Shown piece after piece: positions 1 to 12,975 of a DNA stretch of 64,000 nucleotides (the stretch's first letter is position 1; each line of letters opens with the position of its first letter). The DNA is taken from NCBI GenBank assembly GCA_017654855.1, contig CM030336.1, positions 1,054,001 through 1,118,000 on the forward strand, written 5' to 3'. The notes under the pieces were generated by a model. That model worked only from the letters and a program-made list of their open reading frames with translations, was not told the origin of the DNA and made no database searches. Origin of the DNA: Podospora anserina (taxonomy: Eukaryota). A program made the position numbers and the translations under genes.

Positions 1-342
1 TTACAGGGCACCTCTGCTACCGAAGGTTCTATGGATTTCCGTAAGTCCATACTAGACCCACCTAAGCCTACCAAATACCCTAAAGTGGTATAGGGGCTTC
101 CAGGGCCTACAGGACCCACAGTAGGCCTACGAAGGCCTATATATAGACCTTTCCTTTCTTCTGTAGAATAGTTCTCTTTCTTTCCTCAAAGGCAAAAGCT
201 TAAGGCTAAAGCCAAAGGCCAAGGCCAAGGGTAATAAAGGCAATTCTTATTCCTTATACCTCACTATATTACAGTGCTTTACCTTCCTTCGGCACTGCCG
301 TCGTATCCTCCCGCTTCCGCTTGCGCACTGCTGTATTTTACA
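1..342 (+). repeat. LTR (solo LTR or terminal LTR of a retrotransposon), left end clipped by the window edge
   Basis: Window starts TTACAGGG (consistent with a clipped TG-TTACA start). The segment ends ...TTTTACA at 342, has a TATATATA box near 138 and is ~344 bp. Transposase-leader-like sequence follows. Strand and family are uncertain. Confidence 0.55.
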
Positions 343-2186
343 GCAACCCTATATAAGTTCTATATTATAGGCCTATCAGGGCTTACCAGCTAACAAAACT
401 AAAAACTATATTTTTTACCTTTAACGAAGCTAAAGTAATTTTAGCCGCTAAAGCTATAAAAATAATAAAAACCTAAATAAATAAGCTGCAGTAAAGATCT
501 ATTAAATTAACGATAGAACTATTTGCCGTCGACTTGCTAGTATATTTATATAACGTAATATTTTAATTAATTTACATAAATTTACGGATCTAAAAAAAAA
601 AATTTATTTAATATATAATTAAGTTATTTATATACGTATTTTATTACTGGCTTTTATATATTAAAAATATAGTTAATCGATTATTATATAAATGCGACGC
701 GCCTCTTATTAACGTATAATAGGCTTATAATTTCGTTAAACGTTAATTAAAACTTCGAATACGTTTTATATATAAATATAATTATTAAAGGCCTAAATAT
801 AAAAATCTAAAGATTATTAATAAGTAATTTACTTTTATATAGAATATTAAAGTAAAGTATAATATTATAAATAATAATATTTATAACTTTAATGAAATTA
901 AGTTTATAATAAATATTATTATTATTATTATAATTATTATAATTTTTAATAGCCGTAGTAAGGTTAAATAGGTTTAGTTTAATAACCGTAAGTAAGCTAC
1001 GGTTATTTAAAACGTAAATATTTTAAATTAAATTATTTTATTATTTATTATTTTAATTAAATAATATTATTTTATTAATTAATATTAAAAATATAGTTTT
1101 CCGGTTATTTAATATATTATAATAATTAATAATAATTAAATTATTAATAAAAGAAATATAAATTAAATTCGGTACTTCGATTTTTATATAGTATTTTGTA
1201 TAAAAAATAAATATCGATTATTAATCCTTAATAATTATAAAAATTATTATTCCGAAGAATTCGAGATTTATTATTAAAAATATAATATTATTATACTATA
1301 TATACTTTTATACTTTTCTTATATATTTTAATTATTAAATATTAATTATTTTATATTATTAAAAAGGGTATATAACTATTAAATTAAATAATTAATATAA
1401 ATAAAGATTATATATATTAATAAATTTAAGTTTTTTTATATATTTAAAGAAATATTTTTTACTTCGATTAAAAAAAAAAATATTTAAAGAGGTTTTACTA
1501 AAGCTAACTTTATACTATATAATTTAAAAAAAGTAATATTTAAGTTAAATATAGGTATGTAGATTTTAATACCCTTAGCCTTAAGCCTAATTACGGTACT
1601 ACTTTAGGTCTTTTAAACGCTATATAATCCTCGAGAAGTTATTTTATAATTAATATTTACTAAAACTCGAATTTTTAATTATTAAAATAGCTTTTTAACT
1701 TTGATATTAACCGCTATAAACTAATTTATTAAAGAAATAATAAGTATAATATATGAGGTAATTCTTTTCTGTATAAATGTCTCTTCGCTACGTAAAGCTA
1801 ATAAGGAGCTTAATAAGAGACGGAAAGCTAAAAAAATATATATGCGGCTTAGAGGGTTACTTACTATATAAGAGGTATAGGATCTACTAAATTAAAAGGC
1901 TATAGGTAAGTAAGTAGCCTAGGAAATATAATAAAGTAGTGGTAATGCAGGGGGGTTTCGTACGAAGATTCGGTGCTGTGGCGTGTGCGGTAAGCCTAGC
2001 TATAATGCACGTACATGCCAGGAGGCTGCAGAATTATCTGATTCATCTATTTCTAGTTCAGTTATCGCTGTTTCCTAGTGTTGTGGTTGTGTAATTGAGG
2101 ATAGCTGTGGTAGGGTGGTAGAAAGTACGGCGCTCGCTTATCTGCGGCGCTCGCTTGTCTGCGGCGCTCGCTTATCATGCACGTTA
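343..2186 (+). mobile_element. RIP-inactivated Fot1/pogo (Tc1/mariner superfamily) DNA transposon; 5' TIR not in the window
   Basis: Degenerate N-terminus NEAKVILAAKAIKNNKNL..AAVKIY (~423-500). C-terminal CCHC knuckle RCCGVCGKPSYNARTCQE (~1971-2024). 3' TIR ends CACGT followed by TA (2185-2186). The interior is extremely TpA/AT-rich. Confidence 0.85.
2128..2184. repeat. 3' terminal inverted repeat of the Fot1-like element, with three 17-bp subrepeats (CGGCGCTCGCTTRTCTG)
   Basis: Three tandem copies are directly visible, ending ATCATGCACGT|TA. Confidence 0.85.
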
Positions 2187-2663
2187 ATATATTTTACCTT
2201 CCATTTCTTTTCTTTTCATCTAACAATTCCATCTTTTACCTATTACCTACACCTATACCCAGCCGTAGGCCCATATCAACAAGATTCTCGGAGACAAAAA
2301 CTTCCACGTGGAAAACACACCATGCAACACAAAAGAATCCTTCAACCGCTGGTGCCTCCACATGGGCATCAGCATCACGCCGTTCGCCGGGAATGACAGG
2401 GAACTGCGTCGACGGGATGCTCTGTCATCTCGCCTCAGCGGCCGTGACATCAAGATTGAGACCCGGACTCCGGTCTGTGACATGTTTTCTGAGCGCTATC
2501 TCGGGGGCACAAATTGGAGGATCGATTGGACTCCCAGATAGATTGACGAGGTCATCGTTAAAAGCCAGTTTGACCTCGACCGGGCTGAAGAGATGGGAGC
2601 CATGATCGGGCGGGAGTTCGACGAGCCAAGACCAGCAAGAAAGCAAGTTCGGAAAAGGGCGAC

Positions 2664-2850
2664 TGTGGGGCACCAAAGGGCCCAGGTTTTCCCAGACCCA
2701 CACCGGTTTGCTCTTGGGGCTGGATTTTCTTACTGTTTACTTTTTAACCAACAACCAACTACTGTAATACCAATTTATTTACTATTTTTTTCTGGCCAAT
2801 TTTAGCCTTATTTTCGTAGCTAGTGACTTTCCTAGGTCACTAGCCCAATA
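2664..2850 (+). repeat. 5' LTR (187 bp, TG...TA, the final CA mutated)
   Basis: Near-identical to 8405-8591; terminal short inverted repeat TGTGGGGC...GCCCAATA. Confidence 0.95.
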
Positions 2851-5800
2851 GGTTATAAGCTCTTTTAACGCTTAAATCACTAAGTAAACCGAAATCGACG
2901 CCCTCATTAATAACCCGACCTTATAAGGCCGAATACTATACCGGACCTTACGACTTTTCGACCCTTATTAGGCCAATATTACGTAATTAAACCTTTCGAT
3001 AACGATTTTAGAAGCGTTAAAAAAGTTAATTAACTTCTTAATTAATAGAAACTTAATTTTAACCTTAACCTTTATTTTAACGAAAAGTTAAAATAATTAA
3101 TTATCCTTTACCGATAAAAATATAATTTACGGCGCTAACCTTCTTTTAATTAAGTTTTTTTAGTTCTATTATTTTTATAACCTTTTAATTAAGAAATTAT
3201 TATTTTCCGGTAATAGTCGAGAATTCTATCTTATTTTATTAAAAGATCGATAGCGGAATAAATATTTTATCTTTTACCTAAATTAATTTAATTTACTATT
3301 AGCGGCTATAAAATTAAGTAACGCTTTTCTTTAAATCTTTTTTTTAATATCTTTCTTATAATATTTTTTTTACGACTTTTCTTTAATTAATTTTTTTTTA
3401 AAATAATTAATATTAACGTTACTATAATTTAATTTTTAAAGTTTATAAAAATTATAGGGAATACTAATACTATTATTATAATTAAATAATAAATATTTTA
3501 AACCTTACTAACTTTAAATTTAAAAACCGATTTTTCCGGTTAAAAATTTTAATTAACTTAATCCCTTATATACTATAGTTTAAAAAATTATATTAAAATT
3601 AATATATAATTATTAATAGAAAAAAAGATATTTATTTTCGATTAATAATATATTAATAACCTAAATATTTAAAACTTAATAATAATTTCCGTTAAAAAGC
3701 TTAAAATTTAATAATAAATTTTTAATTTAAATTAAAAAATTAACGGTATTAATATTTATAGTTTATACTAAAAAATTATTTAAGCCCTATAGTACGGTAC
3801 TTTTAATATTATTAATATATTTTTAAAAAAAATATTTTATTTTTAAATATATTAATTTTATTTTATTTTAAACTTACTTTAACCGGCTCGAAGTCCTTTA
3901 CCATCGTTTTAATATAATAAAAATTAAAATTAGTTACGTAATTTATTTTTAGGCTACCTTAAACGGTATTAAAACCGCGTACCTCGATTTATATAATTAA
4001 TTAATAAGGAAAATAAAAAATAGTATTATAATTTAATTATTTTTTTATTAAAAGTATAACGTTAAAGTTATTATAAAAGAGATTACGCCGGCTTACTTTA
4101 AAATTATTATCGAGACTATTAAAGCTCCGGCCGTAATTATACTTTTACTTATTATATTATTAACTTTAATAAAAAAATATAATTAATATATTAAAAACTT
4201 AAAGAAAAGTAATTAATATTATATAGGTTATAATTATTACTACCCGAAAAGTAAAGTTTATTAATAATATAATTTTAATAAAACTTTAAAAAATTAAAAG
4301 TATAGAGAAAAAATATAAGCGGATAGGTAAAAGAGGTAATAAAATACTAATTTATTAATAAGAATTTTTTAAAGCTATATTAATAACGTTATTAATATTA
4401 AATCTTCGAAGGACCGACCTACTTATAATACTTTAATATTATTTAATAATTTTATTAATATATTACTCCCTATTTACTATAATAATAATTAATTGGATTT
4501 TCGTTTCGGCCTTTAAAAATAATATTTTTTTTAATAAATATTTTTAAAATCTAATAAACCGTTAAAGTATTTAAAAATTACGTATATTATAACTCTAAAT
4601 ATATAAATTTTATATTTAATAAATTAAAGTAATTTACCGAACTTTATTTATTATTTAAAAGGAAAAAAAAGAAAAATTTTTTATTATTAAAAAATATTAT
4701 AAAGTATAATTATTAAAGTACTATAATATTATAATTTATTTTTTTAAATAATTAAATTATTATTTTAAAGTTTAAAAAAATAATATACTATTTATAAATA
4801 CCCGTTAATTTAATATTAATAAATAAGTTATTTAATAAAAGTATTTTTTAAAACTAAAAAAGTTATAACTTAATCTTTAAAAATATTAAATAAATAATAT
4901 ATAAATTAATTAAAAATAGTAATATATATTAAATAAATATAATGCTTAATATTAATTTTAATAAAATATTTTTAATAAAAACTTTTATTAAAACTATAAT
5001 AATATTTATTAATTACCGGATAATATATTATTATTTAATATATATTAATAAAAATAATATTTATAAAGTTTATATATAAATAAATATTAAGTTTATTAAT
5101 AATAATTTTTTTTATAAGCTTTACGTAATAATAAAAATAATAAATTAATTAAATTTATTAATCCCTTCGTAAATTAATAACCTATTTAACTTTATTTATA
5201 TTAATATTATTATTTATAAAAACCTTAAATATTTAGGTTATAAATATTTTATTTAATATATAAATATATAAAGTAATTATAAATAAATTAATTTTATGAT
5301 AAAAAAAAAGTAAATATTTAATAAAGTTAAGGATTTCGAAACGAAAATCGTATATTAAACCGGGTATAAAATTAGTATTATCGGCCTTAATAGTAATACG
5401 GAATTTATTTAAAGTTTTAGGATTTTTAATAATAACCGTATAGCTATTTAAGTTAATTAAAAGGGTATTATTATTTTTAAAACTATATTTTACTTATTAT
5501 AAATAAATAAAAAAGTAAAAAAGGTTATAAAGATTACGCTTAATTATATTAAAATTATTATATTAACCTATAAAGTATTAAAAAAACTATTTTTATTTAT
5601 TATATAATTTATAATTTATATAAATAACTTATTACCTTCGAAGGTTAATAAAAAAAATATTAATATTTACGAAAAATATATTATAAAATTTAATATATTT
5701 AAAAGTAAATAAAAATTATATATTTAGTATTTACGTTTATACTTTTATAATATATATTATTATATTAAACTAATTTATTAAATTAATTTAAATAAATTTA

Positions 5801-8404
5801 TTATTAAAATAAAAAATAAAAAGTTTATTAATTATATAAATATATATAATAAAATATATTAAATTTAAAATTTAATTATTAATAAAATTATAAAATTTAA
5901 CGTTATAAAGTTTAATAAAAATAATTTTTATAAATTTAATAATAATAAATAAAAAAATATTAAATATAAAGTAATTTTTATTAATAATATTATAATCGAA
6001 AAAAAAATATTATTATTAATAAAATAATATTTTTAAAAAAAAAAATTATTTTCGATAATAAACTTATTACTATATTAAAGCCCGATCTATAATAAAGTAT
6101 TTTAATAATTAAAATAAAGAAGGCTAAAAACCTTAAATAAATTATTTTATTTACTTTAAAAACTATATTATTATTAATATTATTTTTATTATTTAAAACT
6201 TTAAACGTAAAAAAAATTTTTAATATTAAAAAAATAAAAAATATATAGTCCAAAATACTTATTTTATTAAACTATAATTAAACGCTTTATATTATTAACT
6301 TTCCTACTATAAAAAAGTTTATTTCCCTTACGAAATTAATAAAGGGAAAGGAAAGTAAAACTATAGAGGGGCTTAATAATAATTAAATTAATAATAAATT
6401 ATTAAATTTAAATACGAAAAGTTTAATTAAAAACTTTAATAACGATTTTAAGTTTAATATAAATTATATAAAGAAAACGGTAATTTCTTTATTAATTTAA
6501 AAGCGGCTTTATAAAATAATAATAAAAAATTAAAAATTAAATTTTTATAAAAGGTTATAGTAAAATAAATATTTTTATTAAAGTTTTTTTATAATATATT
6601 TCGATAATCTATAATTACGTAAAATAATAATTTACGTCCTATTTATAATTAAAATCGATTACTTTTTATAAACTATTAATAAATTTTATATATTTAAAAA
6701 TTATTAATAAATAAAAAAGTTCGAAAATTATTATAAATATTAATTATTTATTATAAAAAAGTAAAACGCTAGTCTATTAAAAAAAAACGTTTATAAATTA
6801 ATAAATACATTAAAAAACTATAATATTTTATTAAATAAATAAATATATAATAAAAAAATAAACTTTTAAATTAATAAAGTAAAGGTTAAAGTAAAGTAAA
6901 TAATATATAATAATTTTAATAAAGATTTTTAAATTATATAAAATATTTATATTATTATTATAAGTAATATAATAATTAAATACTTTTAAATTATTATAAT
7001 TATAAATAATTAAAAATATTTTTAATATAATTTTAAAATTATATTTTTTAATATTAAAATCCTTAATATTATATAATATTATATATAATTATTAAATAAT
7101 TTAAATAAATTATTAAATAAAATATATTAATTTAAAAAAGTATTATATAATTTAAAAAAATTATTTATTTATTAATATAAAATAATAAAACTTATAATAA
7201 TTAAATTAAGCTTCGATACCCTTTTATTAAATTTTTATTTATTCCGTTATAAAAAAATAAATATTTTAATAATTTTATATATAAATAATTTATTTATATT
7301 AATATTTACGATAAAAATTATTAAAAATATTATTATCGGACTAAAAAATAAATATAATATTAAAAAATTAAATAAATTAAAAAAAATTTTAAATTTTAAT
7401 ATTATAAAGAATTATAAAAAAAAATAAGTTTATTTATTTTAAATAATTTATATTAACGTTTTATTTAAAAAGTTCGGTTATAAAAATATAACCGGCGTAA
7501 TTATATTATAATTAATTAAATTAAAACTTTTTTTTAAATAAAAAAAAATAATTATAGAAATAAAAAAATATATTTAGAAAACCGGTATATTAAATTAATT
7601 ATTTATCGGTATTCGGCCTAATATTATTTTTACCGTTAATTACTTTTATAAAAATAATTTTAAGCCTTTACTATATTATTTAAAATTAATAAAATATTTT
7701 TTTCGGTATTTAATTATTATTAAAAAATTATATATTATATTAAAAAACTCTGAATTTTTAATAAAAAATATAAAGTTTATAGGATTTATAAATATTTTAT
7801 ATATAAATATTTTATTTTAAAAATATTTTATTAACGGCTATATTATTTTTATAATTAGTAAGTTAATATTATAAAAAAATAAAAAATAAATTTTTATTAT
7901 TTTAAATATAACGGAAGTAAAGTTTATTAACCTAACGCCTATAGGGTATTTATTATAATAAAGATTAAAGATATTAAAAAACTATAATATATTATAATTA
8001 AAACTATATATATTATATACCGATAGTAAAAATGCCGAAATTATAGTTTTAAACTTTTAAAATATTATTAAAACCTAGTATATTGATATACGGTATAAAT
8101 AAATAAATAAATAAATAAAGGAAAAAAGATTTAGTATTTAATATATTTTTAAATTAAAGATATTAACGGATAAATTTATAAAGGTACTATAAAAGGAAAA
8201 GTATATAAAGTTTATATAGTTATTAAAAATATAAAATTTTCCGGTTTAAAATATATAAGAAAACGTGTATTTATATAGGAAAAAGGCTACTAGGGTATTA
8301 GGTAAAGGAGTTAAAGGAAGTGGAAGAATCTGGGCGTATATTGGGCTTCGGAGGATATTGGCGATGGCTTTATTTTGGACGGCGGTGTGCTGTCTGTGGG
8401 GGGG

Positions 8405-8591
8405 TGTGGGGCACCAAAGGGCCCAGGTTTTCCTAGACCCACACCGGTTTGCTCTTGGGGCTGGATTTTCTTACTGTTTACTTTTTAACCAACAACCAAC
8501 TACTGTAATACCAATTTGTTTACTATTTTTTTCTGGCTAATTTTGGCCTCATTTTCGCAGCCAGTGACTTTCCTAGGTCACCAGCCCAACA
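8405..8591 (+). repeat. 3' LTR (187 bp, TG...CA)
   Basis: Direct repeat of 2664-2850, followed by TSD GCGAC. Confidence 0.95.
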
Positions 8592-9181
8592 GCGACTGAT
8601 GGAGGCATGTTGAGCCCGGAGGCCCTGATTCAATCGCCGGCATACGCACTTCGTGCCGAGTCACTCGAGTTGGCCTTTCCCTGGTTGTTTCTCCAGCAGA
8701 TGTGCTGGACACTTTTGTTGGAGGTGAATGCAGCCTGTGAAAATCTCCCACAAAAGGTCTGGGGCAGCAAGGTACACGAAACTGACTTCCCGTTGTTGGT
8801 TGGAAACATTTTCATGGCGGCGGAAGGCCTGGATGGGTCTTCTGACGGTGAGCCAAACATGGTGCCTATGAAGGCGGCTGCCATTTACTTTAATAAAATG
8901 TTGTCGGATACTCCCGATTTAATCATTGTAGGCCTGAAGAGGGAGTGGCGGATGCCCAGCAACTTTACCTTTGAAGGATCTGAAGAGATTCGGGCGGATA
9001 CTGTTGGGCCTGACTATTGAAAGTCACTTTGCATCATGCTTGTTGGGCCTTCTCCAGACTGCGCGGATGGCCATTTGTGTTGACAGGTAATTTCGAAGAC
9101 TGTTCCATATATACGGACGTGATGCTCTTGTATAGACACAGATTGCTTGAATTCAGATGTGCTTTCCTTGTTGATTTGAAA

Positions 9182-10541
9182 CTAGGTACCATGTGTTGGA
9201 CTCTGGAGTTGGCATTGAAACTTGAGAACAGCCTTGATAATCTATAACCATGTCAGTTTGCTGTTCAACGCCACAGAACCTGGCCCAACACCACTACACT
9301 TACCTTCCCACTCTCTGTATCGGCAATAGCTTTCTCGAAATCCTCAACAGGGTACACCTTGCTAATCTTGTCCACTGGAAACTTCCCCTCCTTATAGGCT
9401 TGTATCAACCGCGGAATGAACTGCCAGCCCCGACCTGTGTCAGCCTCTTCCTCTGATTCAACCTCATCTCATTAACTCACCTCAACAGGCCAAACCTCCC
9501 CCTCCACAACTCCAATCCACTTCTTACTCAACGCGAAGAACATCCCCACGTCCACCTCAATCTTCACCCCCGGCGCAGGGGCGCCCACACTCGCTGCTGT
9601 GCCGCCTTGCCCAAGACACTGAACCATATCCTGCACCACCTTCCCCACTCCCGTGGTATCAACCGCAAAGTCCGCCCCCTTTCCCCCAGTTATCTTCATC
9701 ATCTCCCCCACCACATCTAGCGTTTCTTTTCCGTTGATCACCCACCTCGCTCCCATCTCCTTCGCCAGATCCAGCTTCTCTTGCACCAAATCCACCGCGA
9801 TAACTGTCTCAACCTCCAAGATCAAAGCAGCGGCCATGAGAGCAGCAAACCCTACCCCTCCCATACCGAAAATAACCACTACATCCTCCTTTCTGGGTTT
9901 AAAGACATCCAGTATAGTCCCCGCACCAGTCTGATATCCACACCCCATCGGCGCCCAAATCCCCATTTCTTCTTCCGTCATCCCCTTGATAGGAACCACA
10001 CTCAGCTCACTCACCACTGCGATCTTGGCAAACGACGACTGTCCAAAGAAATGTGCCGAAACCGGTGTCCCATCTTGCATTTGGTATGCCGTTGTCCCAT
10101 CGTCGCGAACACACGACAGGTTAAGCGGTGGCATGAGCTTGCATTTTGTCGAGGGGGATTGCTCCAGGCAGTGGTGGCATTCATTGCAGGAGGTGAAGCT
10201 GAGGAGGACGTCATCTCCTATAGAAAGGGAACGGTTCTTGACCGCGGGACCGATGGCGAGGATGGTGCCTGTGCCTTCGTGGCCTGGGATGGAGGGGTAG
10301 GTTACTTTTGGGAGGGCGCCGTCGCGGAGGAGGAAGTCCTGGCGTTGTTGATTAGTGCTTGCGAGCAATGGGGGGACAGGGGAAGAGGGGTTACGGTGTG
10401 GCATAGGCCGGAGTATTTTATCTCAACTAGAAGTTCGTTTGAAAAGGGGAAGTCTGTGGTTTTCCTGTTAGTGAGGCCACTTGTAGGTTCGGGAAGGAGT
10501 ATAAGATGCTGGGCGCCGGAAAACATAATCCCCACGGCCAT
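9182..10541 (-). CDS. Zn-dependent aryl/benzyl-alcohol dehydrogenase-like MDR protein (3 introns); 5' end atypical
   Basis: SGLCHT|D, GHEGTG, CxxCxxC structural Zn motif, PMGCGYQTGAG, GMGGVG. Introns at 10339-10394, 9421-9480 and 9242-9303. The start codon is uncertain. Confidence 0.8.
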
Positions 10542-10642
10542 TATTATCTCCGTGACCCCATACTCCAAGCTTGCCTCCAATCATACCTCACATTCGCCCC
10601 TCAGTGACCGATGAGGTTAGTGTTGGTTACCCCTCCACCCCT

Positions 10643-10821
10643 ACCACAAAATAATTGAGACAGTAGAGGAGGTTAACATACCTTGAAGGACAGTCCATAG
10701 GTCTTAAAGATAGTTAACAGGCCTTGCAAAATCGTTTAAAGGCCTATCAATTAACATTTGAGGCATAAGGTAGTTCACAGTATAGTATGGGTTAACTTAC
10801 TTGTGTCAACTATTTTGTGGT
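10643..10821. mobile_element. MITE-like element with ~24-bp imperfect TIRs and internal ~21-bp subrepeats
   Basis: Left end ACCACAAAATAATTGAGACAGTA versus reverse complement of right end ACCACAAAATAGTTGACACAAGTA. About 4 internal units resemble AGTTAACAGGCCTTGAAAGAT. Confidence 0.6.
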
Positions 10822-11247
10822 GAGGATGCCCTCGTACAAATGGCAAGTCATGATTGTGGTAACCTTCGGTGTGGCTGAATGAAGGCGTAACCTAAACTTA
10901 CCTACTCAAAGAATATGAGCAAATAGCGTAAACGCTTATCTCTCAACAACTAGTGACTCCGATCATGTGAATCACCCACCGGGCTGACCCGCAGGAAAGA
11001 TAAATATCTCTCCCGACGCACATGCAACTGGGTAGACCACAACCATCATCACCAACTGCCACCCCATGGCGAATTATGACCGTCTGATATTTTATCTCTC
11101 TTTTTCTATCTATGCACAAAGTAAGTATTGTCATATATACATCCGAACAGACAACCTCGTACTTGCCAATGAGCAAAAGGCGCTCAATGTTCACCAGTCC
11201 CAGTGCTGTTCCTCCGTCTTGGTGGGACTTTCCCAATGGCTATTGTA

Positions 11248-12094
11248 TCATGGGTACTTGTACACCCCCGCCTTCCTATCCACCGCCTTGGAGAAAATCC
11301 TCCCAAGCTCGCAGTCTCCTCTCTCCATGTTGACGTAAGTGGGAGCATAGATGCGCCACGACCTGGCAGTTCCAACAGCACCACCAGGCAGCGTAACCAA
11401 GCAAGCCATCCACCAGTGTGTCGTGGCATCCTCTCGGGTCCATGTGAACAGTCCGTTTTCGTAGACCTTGACGTTTTGACCGGCGAACTCCTTCCCAGGG
11501 ATGGTGGCGTTCCAGAGCGAAGCGTTACCAGCGAGAGCTTCGGTATATCGTAGGATACCGTCGGTTGGGTTGATGTACCAGTACTGGTGGCCGGGAACGT
11601 CGGAAGCCTGTATCATTGTGTTAGAATCGTTACTCAGGTTGGAATATCAAGGAACAACAGACCATTTCCCCACCAGGAAGCAGCACCGTCGAGTTCTGGT
11701 AGGTCCCGCAGTTTGTGCCACCGGCCGCAGTGCAAGCATGGCACTCTCTAGCGTTGGCGCCCACAGCAAGGTATCTCCCGCAGGCCTTGACGTTCAGGTT
11801 CTGGAAAGTCTTGCGCACGCCTGAAAACGTAAGGGTGAAGGGGCTCGTCGCTTCAGGCAGATCCTTGATCGTTTCGTCTTCACATGAGTACTGCTCTGGC
11901 GAGTAGCAGCCCCCACCGCAGGGCTTGGTCGGCAAGCTGAACGTAATCGGGCAGAGTGTCTTATTGTCGTAGCAGGCGTACTCGGATGGGTAGTAGCTCG
12001 CTTGGCCACACTTTGCTTGCTCTTCACCAAGTACCGACGTGGCGAGGAGGCTGGTGGCAAGTGCCAGGACGGCCACGACGCGCTTGACGGCCAT
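11248..12094 (-). CDS. Secreted Cys-rich protein with CBM52-like (beta-1,3-glucan-binding) N-terminal module
   Basis: Signal peptide MAVKRVVAVLALATSLLATSVLG; CGxAxYxPSEYxCxxxxxLCP...CGGGCYSPEQYSC. Intron 11608-11662 joins the two ORFs in frame. Confidence 0.8.
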
Positions 12095-12975
12095 ACTGAC
12101 TGGCTTGGGTGTGACGGGAGGGAACAAGCGCTTGCGGTGGCAGGTTAAGCTCTGGGCAGTGGTGCTTGGCCATGACTTGATATACGTCTGGAGATCGTCG
12201 TGCAGGGAGTTATCTCCGTCATGTTTGCTGCCGGTTCCATATTGAACAATCTCGGCTGATGCAGGTCCAGACGGACCAACCGGGTCCGATGGTTCGGCGC
12301 GGACCGATTTGCGAGGTACTGGCGATGGATGGGCCCGACGGATAAATAGGGCTGATATAAACACACTTTGTGACGTTCCATGTCGACCCGCTCTCGGAAC
12401 ATGATGCGCTTACTGCCGACGATAATTTTATCTCGGACCTCTGGACTTGTTCAAGTGATGTTGAGGAAATGGAATGCGTCGAAGTGAGGCGTGGCTTGCT
12501 TCGCGGAATTTCGAATGAGCACCCATATACCTAGGTGCTACTGGGACGGGTGACAAACATGGAGATGGGCACTCGTGGGTCTATCCAATGCAATTTAAGC
12601 TTTCAGTACCAGCTTTACCTGTTCCTATCCCAGCTTTATCTTTTTCCTATCCCAGCAGTTGCAGTCGTGTAATTTAGCATCAAAGCCTTATAATTCAACC
12701 ATCGCAAAGATTAGATCCAAGCATATTCTGCGCAAAATCGAAGCTCATTACATTGAAAATCTTCAGAACGATTGCGTGTACCGATACAACGCTGAGTAAG
12801 ACAGAGGCAGCCAGTGCAGCTGAAGTTGATTCGGGAATCAGGAAGGTGGCATGATGAGGCAGTGAAGTCTGCCTGGTCAAAAAACCACAACTCGGGCAGG
12901 AAATAGTATTCTCAAGTTTCATCCATTGCCAAAATATTTTCAGATGTGCAATGCTTTTCACATTGAATTGTTTTG

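Larger units (their letters stand above)
2664..8591 (+). mobile_element. Full-length Ty1/Copia LTR retrotransposon, heavily RIP-mutated
   Basis: Paired 187-bp LTRs and 5-bp TSD GCGAC (2659-2663 / 8592-8596). Copia-type PBS GGTTATAAGCTC at 2851 and a G-rich PPT before 8405. RIP-decayed pol motifs in Copia order at the 3' end: LYINNL (from LYVDDL, 7275-7292), RP.I.FTVNY (~7615), TE(A)EF (~7910), IDIRYK(W)I (8082-8105). Confidence 0.95.
2270..9020 (+). pseudogene. Host gene remnant split by the Copia insertion; resembles the C-terminal part of fungal DUF6604-type proteins
   Basis: Removing 2664-8596 rejoins one frame: ...PARKQVRKRAT|DGGMLSPEALIQSPAYALRAESLELAFPWLFLQQMCW. There is an additional TAG stop at 2539-2541 and no N-terminus. 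The family assignment rests on recalled motif resemblance only. Confidence 0.7.

Noticed and set aside
2128-2184. Short regular repeats resembling a CRISPR array
   Set aside because: No spacers, eukaryotic context; they are transposon TIR subrepeats.
5990-6253. 87-aa Ile/Phe/Asn-rich ORF
   Set aside because: Artefact of AT-rich RIPed Copia interior.
12609-12656. Two-copy ~21-bp tandem duplication upstream of the HET gene
   Set aside because: Only two imperfect copies and unrelated to the other 21-bp family; probably slippage.
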